From the NCBI GenBank assembly GCA_044225505.1, contig JBGAIN010000018.1, positions 5,353 to 69,352 on the forward strand: a stretch of DNA of 64,000 bases, read 5' to 3'. Origin of the DNA: Limisphaerales bacterium (GTDB lineage: Bacteria > Verrucomicrobiota > Verrucomicrobiia > Limisphaerales > SIBE01). The stretch's first letter is position 1; the number at the start of each line of letters is the position of its first letter. This document shows, piece after piece, positions 30,316-39,935 of the stretch. The notes beneath the pieces were generated by a model. That model searched no databases and had not been told where the DNA came from. It saw nothing but the letters and a program-made list of their open reading frames with translations. Both the position numbers and the translations under genes were made by a program.

Positions 30316-31374
30316 TTAGGATCCGGAATATTCGTGTTGGAGGATCGTTTGGACGTGGTCCACGATATCGGTTAGCGCCTTTCGGGGGGTTCCTGTTGGA
30401 AGGTTTGACTTTTGCCGTTTGCCGATCACGATTTTTTTGTCGACGTCGTCGACCGACCCAAGGAGCGTCAGCCGACCTTGCGACTGCAAATGCTTATCCA
30501 CGGCCCCAATCGGTCCGCGGAAGATGCTGTAGACTGGTACCCCCAAGGCTGCAGATTCACGGTTCATCGTCCCTCCCCCGCTTATCACTAGATCGGCATG
30601 CCAAATCAGATTCAATCCATTGACCGCCTTTCCAGGAACAACGATACGTCCGGTTGTAAACCACTGCGGCCAAGTCGACCGAACCCACTCCTCCTGGCGA
30701 TGGTTCCGTGGCAGAAGTACGATTCGAACCTTTTTGTTTTCGGTAAGTCGCGTCATTGCGCGCTCGAACAGCAGCTCACTTTCCGGATTATGGTAATGCG
30801 CCTCGGTTGCTGGGGGTCTAACAAGGGCTACAATATCACCATTCTGGATGCTGAGATCCTTGAGCAACGAGTCGTCTGGAATTAGAGTCCAGGCATAAAC
30901 GTCCTCCTTAATACCCGAGTACTTCTTAATCCGACCGTTCTGGCAATGGAGCACGTCGTCGGGAATTGCTTCCGGAGCCAGTTCCCATTTGGGCCGCATG
31001 AGCGGGGGCGTTTGTGCGTGCTCGTAGTCCGCGATCAAAATGGTTGGAATTCGCAGGAGATTGCAGGCGATCATTTGAGCTCGCGAGCCGTGTGAGAGCC
31101 CAAGGGCAGGCTTCTCGCCCAGCGCGAACGGGATCAACTGGGTAGCGCGGTAAAACAAGCCTGCGACTTTTGCGATCTTGTTTTTCCCATAATGGCGTCC
31201 GATTCGGCGATAGGGAAGGCGATGAAAATCCGCCAACTCACAGACTTGAAATGCATCGCGAGCGGTAACGACGACGTCGTAGCGTCGCCTTCGGAGTTCC
31301 TCGATGATCGGAATAAAGAAAGGAACATGGGGTGTGTTATCGAGATCCACCCAAATTTTTTGTTGCTGAGCCAT
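30316..31374 (-). CDS. DUF354 family protein (GT-B-like)
   Basis: IWVDLDNTPHVPFF, DLVISGGGTMNRESAALGVP. Confidence 0.8.
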   Translation of the reverse strand: MAQQQKIWVDLDNTPHVPFFIPIIEELRRRRYDVVVTARDAFQVCELADFHRLPYRRIGRHYGKNKIAKVAGLFYRATQLIPFALGEKPALGLSHGSRAQMIACNLLRIPTILIADYEHAQTPPLMRPKWELAPEAIPDDVLHCQNGRIKKYSGIKEDVYAWTLIPDDSLLKDLSIQNGDIVALVRPPATEAHYHNPESELLFERAMTRLTENKKVRIVLLPRNHRQEEWVRSTWPQWFTTGRIVVPGKAVNGLNLIWHADLVISGGGTMNRESAALGVPVYSIFRGPIGAVDKHLQSQGRLTLLGSVDDVDKKIVIGKRQKSNLPTGTPRKALTDIVDHVQTILQHEYSGS

Positions 31375-31379
31375 TGATT

Positions 31380-32336
31380 TTAAAGATTACTTGCAACCCC
31401 GCGCCTGCTCTGCTCGCCAGATCCGTATCCGTTTTGCGCGTTGATGTAGGCAGCGACCTCGCGGGGAAGCGGCTGCCAGTACCGACCGCTGAATTTGGAG
31501 GACGCATACTCCAAGAACTCGCGATAATAATCGACCGGGTAACATCCTCGATCCAGCGCGCCTGGTTGAAAACTCATATAATCGGGATGAGTGTCTAACA
31601 GCGCCATGCCACCATGCTGGGCAATCCAATCGAGCTTCTGTTTCCAGATGGCGGGACTGGATTGTTCAAGAACGATGAACAGAGAAAAGTCTTGAACCAA
31701 GGTGTATGGCAGCTCCACATACCCTGCACCATTCTCATCTGAAACTTTAAACGGGAAGATCGTATCGACGCCATCTGGCTGCGGTTCGAAAGGGTCAGTG
31801 TCAAAGGTCGAACTGTCGTAAAGGATATTCAAATCGTGGAGCCATTGGATTTCATGCAGCATGAAGGCCGATCGGAAACCGACCGCCTGCCACTCAGCCA
31901 AATAGCTGTTGATTCGCTTGGCACACGCTCGAAAAGCGCGCCGAGAGCGGTAGAGCTTCCCGTCATGCGCTAGGTCATGGACACCGATCTCAAATCCTTC
32001 GCTTGCCAAATCTCCGCGAAGTTCTGGAGATACCCGATAGTCACCTTCGGGAACGAAGTTGAAGCAAGATCGAAATCCCAGTTCTTTTTCCAACGCCAGC
32101 AAAGGCCGGCAGCGGTTCAAGCCGGCTTCGCCTTCGACATCGTGGGTGAGAACAAGGGCAAACTGTTTTTCTTGAGGCCACCCGGTCCAACCCACCGGCG
32201 GCAAACCGGCTCGAGGGTTAATCGGCCAGGTATCAGAATACCGCGCCCAGCGTCGCATTGCTCGTCGCCTGCGGAATGCCAAACGCAGCGACCATGGAAT
32301 GATCGGCTTGAGATCGTAGTAGAAATTTCTGAGCAC
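31380..32336 (-). CDS. Polysaccharide deacetylase family protein
   Basis: LVLTHDVE, EIGVHDLAHDG, GFRS, YDSS, LDTHPDY. Confidence 0.75.
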   Translation of the reverse strand: MLRNFYYDLKPIIPWSLRLAFRRRRAMRRWARYSDTWPINPRAGLPPVGWTGWPQEKQFALVLTHDVEGEAGLNRCRPLLALEKELGFRSCFNFVPEGDYRVSPELRGDLASEGFEIGVHDLAHDGKLYRSRRAFRACAKRINSYLAEWQAVGFRSAFMLHEIQWLHDLNILYDSSTFDTDPFEPQPDGVDTIFPFKVSDENGAGYVELPYTLVQDFSLFIVLEQSSPAIWKQKLDWIAQHGGMALLDTHPDYMSFQPGALDRGCYPVDYYREFLEYASSKFSGRYWQPLPREVAAYINAQNGYGSGEQSRRGVASNL

Positions 32337-32720
32337 GCCGTAACTCGCGATTCACTGGATCTAGCTCAATCCACTGTTGACTCGCCGTTTCGGACTTTGT
32401 CCAGAGAGACTTCGTCCCGGTCGCTTCGCAGAGGCGAGCGACCTGGTGACCGACAACGGCGCTGATCTGCCAACAGGACTTGGCTAGCAACCACCGTACC
32501 AGCGATCGTTTCGACTGAACTGCCTGCATTAGGCCTATCCTGCAACGGCCGCAAAATGCAGTCGCTGCGCCGTTTGCGAAGCTTTCGCTAAACGGGCTAC
32601 GGCTACCTTCGCAGTCGTATTCACAATCAATCTCGAGATTTCAATTTACGTCAGGCACAAGGCACAATCGGTCCGACCTTCGCCCGCAAAGCGGGCCTTC
32701 CGAAATTCCATTCCACCGCT

Positions 32721-34907
32721 TCAGATTCGTTCCTGAAGCCACTTTGGCACGCTCGCTGGAGCGTCCTTGAAAACAATCGCCACTTGGGACGTAAACTCCA
32801 AAAGCAAATTCCCAGCAAGCTTGACGGACTTTTTCGGCACTGTCTCGCCTTCAACCACCAAGAGCGTTAAGTCCATGTATTTGGCAAGCCCTGGAGTAAT
32901 GCTCATTTGGTCAACCACAGGCAAATCGAATACAATATAATCGTAATCGCTGGCATTCAGCCGAGGAACCACCTTGGTAAACTTGCTGGGAGAGGTCATA
33001 ATCTGTTGCTCGTCTCCAACATTTCCCGTCGCCAAGTATAGGTTCGGCGCGATCAACGCTTCCTGTCGTTTGTCCCCTTCCAAGGCTTCAAGAAGCGTGC
33101 AGGACTTCCGAGAACTCGCGAGGCCCACATCCTTCTTTCGGTCCGCTTTCTTTAAATCGACCAAGAGGACTTTCAAGTCACCAGACTCGGATAGAGCGGC
33201 TGCCAAGCCCGTCGCCGTGACCGTAGAACCAGAGTTTTCACCACACCCACAAACGCCCACCAATTTCGGTTTCCGAGCTAGTGTCTCAAAGCGGTTCAGG
33301 ATTCGATCGCGGAGCGCAGCGAAGTAAGGCTGCAGGATATCGTCGACCGTATGACCTGCAGCGTTGGTAATCTGCAAACGCCCGCCACCACCAGCAGGCG
33401 ACAATTGGTCCCGGTTCTTGGAAGCGCCGAGGAATCTGCGACTTCGCCTCGTGGTTGGAATCGAGAGATAAACGGGAATCGGCAGAAGCCGGTCCAATTC
33501 TGAAACCCGTTTGACGGTCTGGTTGACGAACAACTCCAACAGCAGCGCCAGCCCGATTCCGAATCCCAAGCCGGCGGCAACAGCCATTCCCATTTTCTTT
33601 GCTATGGGAACGACTACCCTCACAGGCGGTGTGGGATCTTGCACACGACTGATATTTGAAATGCGAGTCGCGCTTAGACCCGCGTCTAACTGCGCCTTGT
33701 CTAATTCCGTGGCAAAGTAGCGATAGTTTTTCTCTAAAAGCTCCTTTTTCCGGCGCAACTCCACAATAGGCTGCTCGATGGTGTAAAGCCTTGCCTCCTC
33801 GGCTTTCGCTTTGACCAATTCGTTCGTCCGGAGTCCGATCTTCATTCGTAGAAGCGCAATCTTAAGTTTCTCGGAAATTGGGTCGAAAGGCTGGTCGCCA
33901 TTGGTTTGGGCTTTGCCGAGCAAAAGGGTCGGATTCTTTTTTTCCATGTCTTTCTTTTGAGCCTCAAGCTTCTCCATGCGTTCGCGCAGGGGTTGGACCA
34001 AGCCGCTGTCCTCCGTGTATTGGCTAGTGAGATCAGCAACCTGCCGGCGGATTTGCTGCAGATTCCCAGTCAATCGCTCATATTTTTCACGTTCGGCTTC
34101 TCGTTGCTCTAGGTTCTGGACGGGCGCGTCCGCGGGTAATTGCTGCTGCATGTACTGGACGGCCGTTTCACGTTCAGCGACATCGGTCTCGGCGGTTCTA
34201 AGTTCCTCTTCTATCTTGAGCACACGAGCTCCCGCCGCTTTCTTCGACTCTTCGAGAGCATATGCGCCATTGGTCTCGAGGTAGTTTCGAAGTTTCAGTT
34301 CGGTATCGCGGAGCTGATCCGCGTAGGTATCGCGCTGTTGTTTGAACTCATCCAAACTGGCTAGAGCGCGATGGATTTCCCAATGTCGCTTAACATACTC
34401 ATTGAGTAATTCAGTCAAGACGGGCTGAACAATTAAGGGATCTGGGTGGTCAAAGCTGACATCTATAACGCCACCGCCAGGCGTGGTGGGAATTGTTCCT
34501 TTATGAATCAGCAAAGCCGCCTGGTTAGTGTCGTTTCCGCCTCCCGCTTTAGCGAGAATCCGTTCTGGCCCAATCTTCGCAGCGACCTTTTGAGCCAAGT
34601 CCATGCTCCAAATGATCTGAGCCTCAGAAGTGACGGCCGCATCGCCGCGGATGATCGAGGATTTTTCTTGTTCATCTTTGTCGCCTGGGCCAACCGTCTG
34701 CCGCTCAGGCACGTACTTAACCATGACCTGCGCTCGCGACTGAAATAGCTTCGGCAATGATACATAGATGAAGGCGGCACCCGCTACGCCAAGGAGCGTA
34801 CAGAACAGGATCATCCACTTGTGGCGAACCAGTGCCAAGATGATGTCCGCGGGTGTGATACCGCCCGACCTCGACTCCGAATTAAGATTTTCCCCGTCTG
34901 TGTCCAT
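32721..34907 (-). CDS. Wzc/GumC-like polysaccharide co-polymerase with degenerate kinase domain
   Basis: Two TM segments flanking a long coiled-coil periplasmic region; C-terminal P-loop-like domain (LLVDLK, DYIVFDLP). Confidence 0.85.
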   Translation of the reverse strand: MDTDGENLNSESRSGGITPADIILALVRHKWMILFCTLLGVAGAAFIYVSLPKLFQSRAQVMVKYVPERQTVGPGDKDEQEKSSIIRGDAAVTSEAQIIWSMDLAQKVAAKIGPERILAKAGGGNDTNQAALLIHKGTIPTTPGGGVIDVSFDHPDPLIVQPVLTELLNEYVKRHWEIHRALASLDEFKQQRDTYADQLRDTELKLRNYLETNGAYALEESKKAAGARVLKIEEELRTAETDVAERETAVQYMQQQLPADAPVQNLEQREAEREKYERLTGNLQQIRRQVADLTSQYTEDSGLVQPLRERMEKLEAQKKDMEKKNPTLLLGKAQTNGDQPFDPISEKLKIALLRMKIGLRTNELVKAKAEEARLYTIEQPIVELRRKKELLEKNYRYFATELDKAQLDAGLSATRISNISRVQDPTPPVRVVVPIAKKMGMAVAAGLGFGIGLALLLELFVNQTVKRVSELDRLLPIPVYLSIPTTRRSRRFLGASKNRDQLSPAGGGGRLQITNAAGHTVDDILQPYFAALRDRILNRFETLARKPKLVGVCGCGENSGSTVTATGLAAALSESGDLKVLLVDLKKADRKKDVGLASSRKSCTLLEALEGDKRQEALIAPNLYLATGNVGDEQQIMTSPSKFTKVVPRLNASDYDYIVFDLPVVDQMSITPGLAKYMDLTLLVVEGETVPKKSVKLAGNLLLEFTSQVAIVFKDAPASVPKWLQERI

Positions 34908-34965
34908 AGTAGGAGTTCAGCTCGGTTTCAACGGCGACTTCGCCCCACTCTTTCTCATAGGCTTG

Positions 34966-36060
34966 TCAACGTTGCACAAACCGCCCGTAGAGAAGAGAGC
35001 CAGCCACGCGACTCAACCACAACGGAGCCCATCGGAATAGCTGAGCAGGCCACCCCAGAGCTCGATCGTGGTCTTTCAAAAAACTCATTTTACCGAGACT
35101 AAATCGAAAATATTCTATCACTTCTTCGGTCGCACCCCAACTAAGCTTAAATCTCCTTAGACCTTCATTGGCCAAGGAGGTTCGACCTAAATGCAAACGA
35201 GAGCATTCGCCGTGCGCAAGGAATTTGATGGCCTCCCACATTACCAAGTGGTTCGGACGAAGGTCTCGGTGTTCCCATGCGGATGCCCCGAACTTGAACA
35301 CTGCCTTGTCTCCGAACCGAAAAAAAACGGCCCCACCCACCGGGACGCTGTCTTTTACTGCGATCACCACAAAACCAAGTCCCGCCCGGATCACATATTC
35401 ATATATGTTTCGGAACAGAGAAATAGGCTGAGGCGGCACCCCGTGCCGTCTGCGGGTGGCGCAGTGAAGCTTATAATAGCTTAAAACCGCGTCAAATCCA
35501 ACGGAAACGACAGCGCTAACCCCTTCTCTTTCAGCTTTCCGAATGCCTCGCCGCACCGAGGGGTCGAAGCTCTGGAAAGTTTCCTCAATCTTTGGATTAA
35601 TGTTCAGACGGTGGCCGTAAAACGTGAGCGAGGGCGACGCCTGAGGGTTTAGAGTTCTACCCCCGCGCCATTCCAACGTCTGCCAACTCCGTTCTCGAGC
35701 CATTTGAGTCAAGCGTTGCCAAGTGCTGGACGCTTCCGCTTCGTCCCAGAACAACGGCTCGCACAAGTCTGTGAACGGTAGGCAGGTGCCGTGTTTTTTC
35801 CCCAAGACAGAAGTCGTTTCCAGAAAGGGAATCAACGCGCCAGTCTGATTCTTCCCGCCGGAAATAAATCCCAGCGGGCGAAACCCGTAAGTGTGACTCA
35901 ATAGCCGCAGCCAGTGCGTCGTATGAAAAAAGGTACTTTCCGGGTGCCCAGCACAGACGTCATTCCAATCCGCCCGAGCGTTTGGGTCAAAGAAATCCAA
36001 CTCGCTTTTGCTAGCGTCGACTTCCCCATGCGCGACCGGCTTGTCACACGCCAGCACCAT
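34966..36060 (-). CDS. FemAB-like GNAT family protein
   Basis: HPESTFFHTTHW, VRRGIRKAEREGV, RPNHLVMWEAIK, GLRRFKLSWGA. Confidence 0.8.
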   Translation of the reverse strand: MVLACDKPVAHGEVDASKSELDFFDPNARADWNDVCAGHPESTFFHTTHWLRLLSHTYGFRPLGFISGGKNQTGALIPFLETTSVLGKKHGTCLPFTDLCEPLFWDEAEASSTWQRLTQMARERSWQTLEWRGGRTLNPQASPSLTFYGHRLNINPKIEETFQSFDPSVRRGIRKAEREGVSAVVSVGFDAVLSYYKLHCATRRRHGVPPQPISLFRNIYEYVIRAGLGFVVIAVKDSVPVGGAVFFRFGDKAVFKFGASAWEHRDLRPNHLVMWEAIKFLAHGECSRLHLGRTSLANEGLRRFKLSWGATEEVIEYFRFSLGKMSFLKDHDRALGWPAQLFRWAPLWLSRVAGSLLYGRFVQR

Positions 36061-36067
36061 AGTGGGA

Positions 36068-37180
36068 TTACGTACGCTGACCGCAGAAACTGCGCACTTC
36101 CCGAGCGACAGTCTCCACGTCTGGACGACTCAATCCGGGAAACATAGGGAGTGACAGGATCTCTTCCGTTGCGCGCTCGACACAAGGAAACGAACCTTGC
36201 CCGAGGCCCAAAAACGCATAAGCCGGCGTCAAATGGATCGGGACAGGATAATGGATCAACGAGCCAATCCCTTTGGCCGAGAGGTGGCGCATGAGTTCCG
36301 CTCTGTCACCTCGAATGCGAATCACATAAAGGTGATAAACATGCCGGCTGTAGTCGGCTTCAACCGGTGTGGAGACGCAGGATAGCCCTTGCAGCGCCTG
36401 ATTGTAGACAGCCGCGCATTCTCGCCGCAGGTCATTCGCCGGGGTCAACTCTTTCAGTTTGGCCCGTAAAACCGCACCTTGGATACCGTCCATACGTCCA
36501 TTCCAGCCCACCAACTTGTGCTGGTAACGAGCGACCTGGCCATGGTCTCTCAGACAGTCAACGTGTTCCTTGACCTTCCGGTTATTTGTGACCACTGCTC
36601 CGGCTTCGCCAAATGCTCCCAGGTTCTTGGTAGGATAAAAACTAAAGCAGCCAGCATCCCCTAAACTCCCAACCCGGCGACCTTTGTAGGTCGCTCCGTG
36701 GGCTTGGCAGGCATCTTCGACAACCGCGAGCTTGTGGCGCTTGGCAATCTCGAGGATTGGATCCATGTCCGCCGGCTGCCCGTACAGATGGACCGGGATG
36801 ATCGCCTTGGTCCGCGGCGAGATCGCTCGCTCTATCTTGTTTGGGTCCATCGTGAATGTCTTTTCATCGACATCCACAAACTTCGGAATCGCTCCGCACC
36901 AGCTGATCGCTTCGGCCGTGGCGATAAAACTATTGGGGACTGTGATCACTTCGTCGCCGGGCTGCACACCGAGCGCGAGGAGCGCCAGCCACAAAGCATC
37001 GGTGCCATTTCCGACTCCGGAAGCAAATTGTGTCTGGCAATAAGCTGCAAAATCCGTCTCAAACGCCGTTACAAAAGAACCGCCCGCAAAGGCGCTGCTT
37101 TTGATCACCTGTTGGATAGACTCGTTGATCTCTTGAAGCAATGAGTCGTGAACTTTTAGACTGACAAATGGAATTTGCAT
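36068..37180 (-). CDS. DegT/DnrJ/EryC1/StrS sugar aminotransferase
   Basis: GNGTDAL, EDACQAHG, FSFYPTKNLGAFGEAG (PLP Lys). Confidence 0.93.
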   Translation of the reverse strand: MQIPFVSLKVHDSLLQEINESIQQVIKSSAFAGGSFVTAFETDFAAYCQTQFASGVGNGTDALWLALLALGVQPGDEVITVPNSFIATAEAISWCGAIPKFVDVDEKTFTMDPNKIERAISPRTKAIIPVHLYGQPADMDPILEIAKRHKLAVVEDACQAHGATYKGRRVGSLGDAGCFSFYPTKNLGAFGEAGAVVTNNRKVKEHVDCLRDHGQVARYQHKLVGWNGRMDGIQGAVLRAKLKELTPANDLRRECAAVYNQALQGLSCVSTPVEADYSRHVYHLYVIRIRGDRAELMRHLSAKGIGSLIHYPVPIHLTPAYAFLGLGQGSFPCVERATEEILSLPMFPGLSRPDVETVAREVRSFCGQRT

Positions 37181-37675
37181 CTACTTACCTTGTGGAACTT
37201 TTCGGACGGTTCGAGCCGGGTTTCCGGCAACTATGACGTTGGCTGGGACATCTTTGGTCACGACGCTGCCAGCCCCGACGATGGCGTTCTCCCCAATGGT
37301 GACACCGCACAGAATGGTCGCACCCGATCCGACAGACGCGCCGCGGTGGATGCGAGTTGCCTCGCATTTCCAATCCGCTTCGCTCTGCAGTTGGCCCGTC
37401 TGATTTGTGGAGCGGGGAAAGCGGTCATTAATGAAGGTAACTCCGTGCCCGATAAAGACGTCGTCGTCGATGGTGACACCTTCGCAAATAAAAGTATGGC
37501 TGGAGATCTTGCAGCGATTTCCGATCGTCACGCCTTTCTGGATTTCAACAAAGGTTCCGACCTTAACGTCATCACCTATCTTGCAGCCATAAAGGTTCGT
37601 GAAATCACGAATTTGGACGCGCTCTCCCAATCGCACGTCGGGTGCGATCTTCTGTAACCCGGAAGATTGGCTCAT
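37181..37675 (-). CDS. Hexapeptide sugar N-acetyltransferase
   Basis: GTFVEIQKGVTIGNRCKISSHTFICEGVTI, FINDRFPR, VAGNPAR. Confidence 0.9.
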   Translation of the reverse strand: MSQSSGLQKIAPDVRLGERVQIRDFTNLYGCKIGDDVKVGTFVEIQKGVTIGNRCKISSHTFICEGVTIDDDVFIGHGVTFINDRFPRSTNQTGQLQSEADWKCEATRIHRGASVGSGATILCGVTIGENAIVGAGSVVTKDVPANVIVAGNPARTVRKVPQGK

Positions 37676-38763
37676 TGGGCGATTACCTCAGTGCGCCCGG
37701 GCTTGCCGTTCGCTGGAGTCTTTACGCGCTTTTCCTTGGGAGCCCCGATAGCGACGGCCGAACCGCCACGACGGAGAGATGCTGACGCCGCTTCTAAGAG
37801 AGTCACCAAGTCACGTCCCTGTTCGCCGTCGCTCAAGGGCCGGGAACCGTTGCGAATGCAGTCGATGAAATGCTGACATTCAATCTTCAACGGTTCTTCT
37901 TGGCGTACGAACGGCGCATACATATCTCCGTAATGATACGCGTATTGAAATTCGGCGAAGGTGTCGTAGTGAGGAGGGACCTCGACCCGGGAGTCGTAAA
38001 TCTTGATCTTCTCCAGAGGCGCGACGTCGTCGTAAACCACCATTCGCCGGGTACCAACGATGGTCATTTCACGTACTTTTCTGGGGTCCAACCAACTATT
38101 GTGGACGGTCGCTAAGCGGTCCTTTCGGAATACCAGCGACATGTTGGTCACGTCTTCCACGCCGCGACTGACATGGGCTTTACCCGAGCAATTCACCATC
38201 AAAGGCATTTCTCCAATTATATAAAGGATGATGGACAGATCATGCGGAGCCAGATCCCAGGTAACGTTGATATCCTTCTGAAACAATCCGAGATTCAGGC
38301 GGCGGCTGCTAATGTATTGGATGTCGCCAATGTCACCTTTATCGACAATCTCTTTAATTTTTCTGACATGAGCGGAGTAGAGAAACGTGTGGCCGACCAT
38401 CAAGACGAGATTCCGTTCGGCAGCGAGATCAATCAGCTGATCGCACTCCTGGGAGGACGAAGCCATCGGCTTTTCCACCAAGGTATGCAAGCCCGCGGAC
38501 AGGCTTTGCTTTGTTAGGCTGTAGTGCGATTTAACAGCCGTGGCAATCACCACAGCGTCGAGCTTGGAGCGCTCGATCATCTCATCAAAAGTCTTAAAAC
38601 ACTCGATTTGCGGGTAAAGGGACTTGAGATGTGCCAGCCGTTGCGGATCCTTGTCGCACACCGCCCGCAAGGAACAGTCCGATAGACTGTTTAGATTTCT
38701 TGCATGGTTCGGTCCCCAATAGCCACAACCCACCACCCCAACATTGACCTGCTCTTTTCCCAT
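37672..38763 (-). CDS. Gfo/Idh/MocA family oxidoreductase
   Basis: VGVVGCGYWG, LVEKPMA, WDLAPHD. Confidence 0.92.
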   Translation of the reverse strand: MGKEQVNVGVVGCGYWGPNHARNLNSLSDCSLRAVCDKDPQRLAHLKSLYPQIECFKTFDEMIERSKLDAVVIATAVKSHYSLTKQSLSAGLHTLVEKPMASSSQECDQLIDLAAERNLVLMVGHTFLYSAHVRKIKEIVDKGDIGDIQYISSRRLNLGLFQKDINVTWDLAPHDLSIILYIIGEMPLMVNCSGKAHVSRGVEDVTNMSLVFRKDRLATVHNSWLDPRKVREMTIVGTRRMVVYDDVAPLEKIKIYDSRVEVPPHYDTFAEFQYAYHYGDMYAPFVRQEEPLKIECQHFIDCIRNGSRPLSDGEQGRDLVTLLEAASASLRRGGSAVAIGAPKEKRVKTPANGKPGRTEVIAQ

Positions 38764-38767
38764 GAAT

Positions 38768-39685
38768 CTAATTCTTTCTGCTTTCCTGAGTTCGAAGGCG
38801 CTTGGCTAAACGGGACTCTCGCACTTGCGCACAGACGGCTGGGAGCGTCTGGAGAATGATCGACAAATCCAACCAGAAACTTCGGTTTGCCACATAATGC
38901 AAATCCAGCTGCATCATTTCGGAGAAACTAGTGCCCGACCGCCGCTTGATCTGCCACAACCCGGTCATTCCGGGAGGACTATTAAAGCGCTGCCTGTGCC
39001 AAGGTAGGAGTTGATTGTATTCATACTCCATACACGGGCGCGGACCGACAATACTCATCTCTCCAAGCATGACATTGATCAACTGTGGAATCTCGTCCAC
39101 GCACGACGTGCGAAGGAACCTTCCAAGCGGAATTACCCGCTTGTCCCCTCGCAAATCCAGCTTCACCAACGGCAAATCATTAGCAATTAACTTGCCTACG
39201 TATTCCCGGTGCAAACCAGGATCCGCGTTGACGTGCATTGTCCGAAATTTCCAACAGGTAAACGGCTTTCCACGGTATCCAATGCGCTCTTGCCGGAAGA
39301 ATACAGGTCCCTTTGAAACCAATTTAATTAACAAAGCGACCACCAGCATCACCGGCAGAATGACTGGCAGACCGAGCAGAAGCAGGAATAGGTCCAAGCA
39401 GCGTTTCCAAACTGGCGCCCCCGAACCCGACTCATTGGTTGTCGCCGGCGACACCAAACTCAGTTTCCCAGGATCCCCTTCGACGCACTCCTTATGCACA
39501 GCACCTCCGTTGGTAGAATTAACACAGCTGCCTTTCGATCTACTCGCCGAACTTTCTAGAGTAGGACCGCTGACGTCGTCAAGGTTGGGGTAGGCTGTCG
39601 AGAATCTGAAAGATGGTTGGGGGAACACCTTACAGAAGTTTTCGGCACGCTTAAAACGAAATAAAAAAGGGATCCGGCTTTTCAT
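38768..39685 (-). CDS. Priming sugar transferase (phosphoglycosyl transferase C-domain)
   Basis: KRCLD, GPVFFRQERIG, KFRTM, DEIPQLINV..GEMSIVGPRP, PGMTGLWQ. Confidence 0.92.
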   Translation of the reverse strand: MKSRIPFLFRFKRAENFCKVFPQPSFRFSTAYPNLDDVSGPTLESSASRSKGSCVNSTNGGAVHKECVEGDPGKLSLVSPATTNESGSGAPVWKRCLDLFLLLLGLPVILPVMLVVALLIKLVSKGPVFFRQERIGYRGKPFTCWKFRTMHVNADPGLHREYVGKLIANDLPLVKLDLRGDKRVIPLGRFLRTSCVDEIPQLINVMLGEMSIVGPRPCMEYEYNQLLPWHRQRFNSPPGMTGLWQIKRRSGTSFSEMMQLDLHYVANRSFWLDLSIILQTLPAVCAQVRESRLAKRLRTQESRKN

Positions 39686-39854
39686 AACAGTCTATGCCAA
39701 CAGACTAGATTGCTGTGAATCGGACGTAAGCCGGGGTCGCAACGGAACACGATGGGTTGCGATGCAACAGCAGCGAGCCGCCCTTTACGAGAAGCCCCCT
39801 GGGCGCTTCGATACCCACTCGCGCCCGAGCACTACCATGTCCCAGATGACTCAT

Positions 39855-39871
39855 GGCCAATCCCTTGCCAA
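39855..39871 (-). promoter_or_regulatory. Candidate sigma54 (-24/-12) promoter for the glycan operon
   Basis: Minus strand TTGGCAAGGGATTGGCC: GG-N10-GC spacing correct, 10/13 defined consensus positions. Confidence 0.35.
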
Positions 39872-39914
39872 TTTCCAAGCTCGAATCGGCACAGTCGCCC
39901 GCCATGTTTGAAAA

Positions 39915-39935
39915 GATTCCGATACTATCGGATTC
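39915..39935. promoter_or_regulatory. Palindromic operator/enhancer candidate
   Basis: GATTCCGATACTATCGGATTC, perfect core TCCGATA-C-TATCGGA (39918-39932), non-coding, upstream of the operon. Confidence 0.4.

Noticed and set aside
32337-32720. Hairpins after the wzc-like gene (cgtttgcgaagctttcgctaaacg; gcccgcaaagcgggc) as terminators
   Set aside because: No U tract on the minus strand; could be stabilising stems, but evidence is insufficient.
39686-39702. Second sigma54-like site TTGGCATAGACTGTTAT next to the sugar transferase start
   Set aside because: Lacks the invariant GC at -12.
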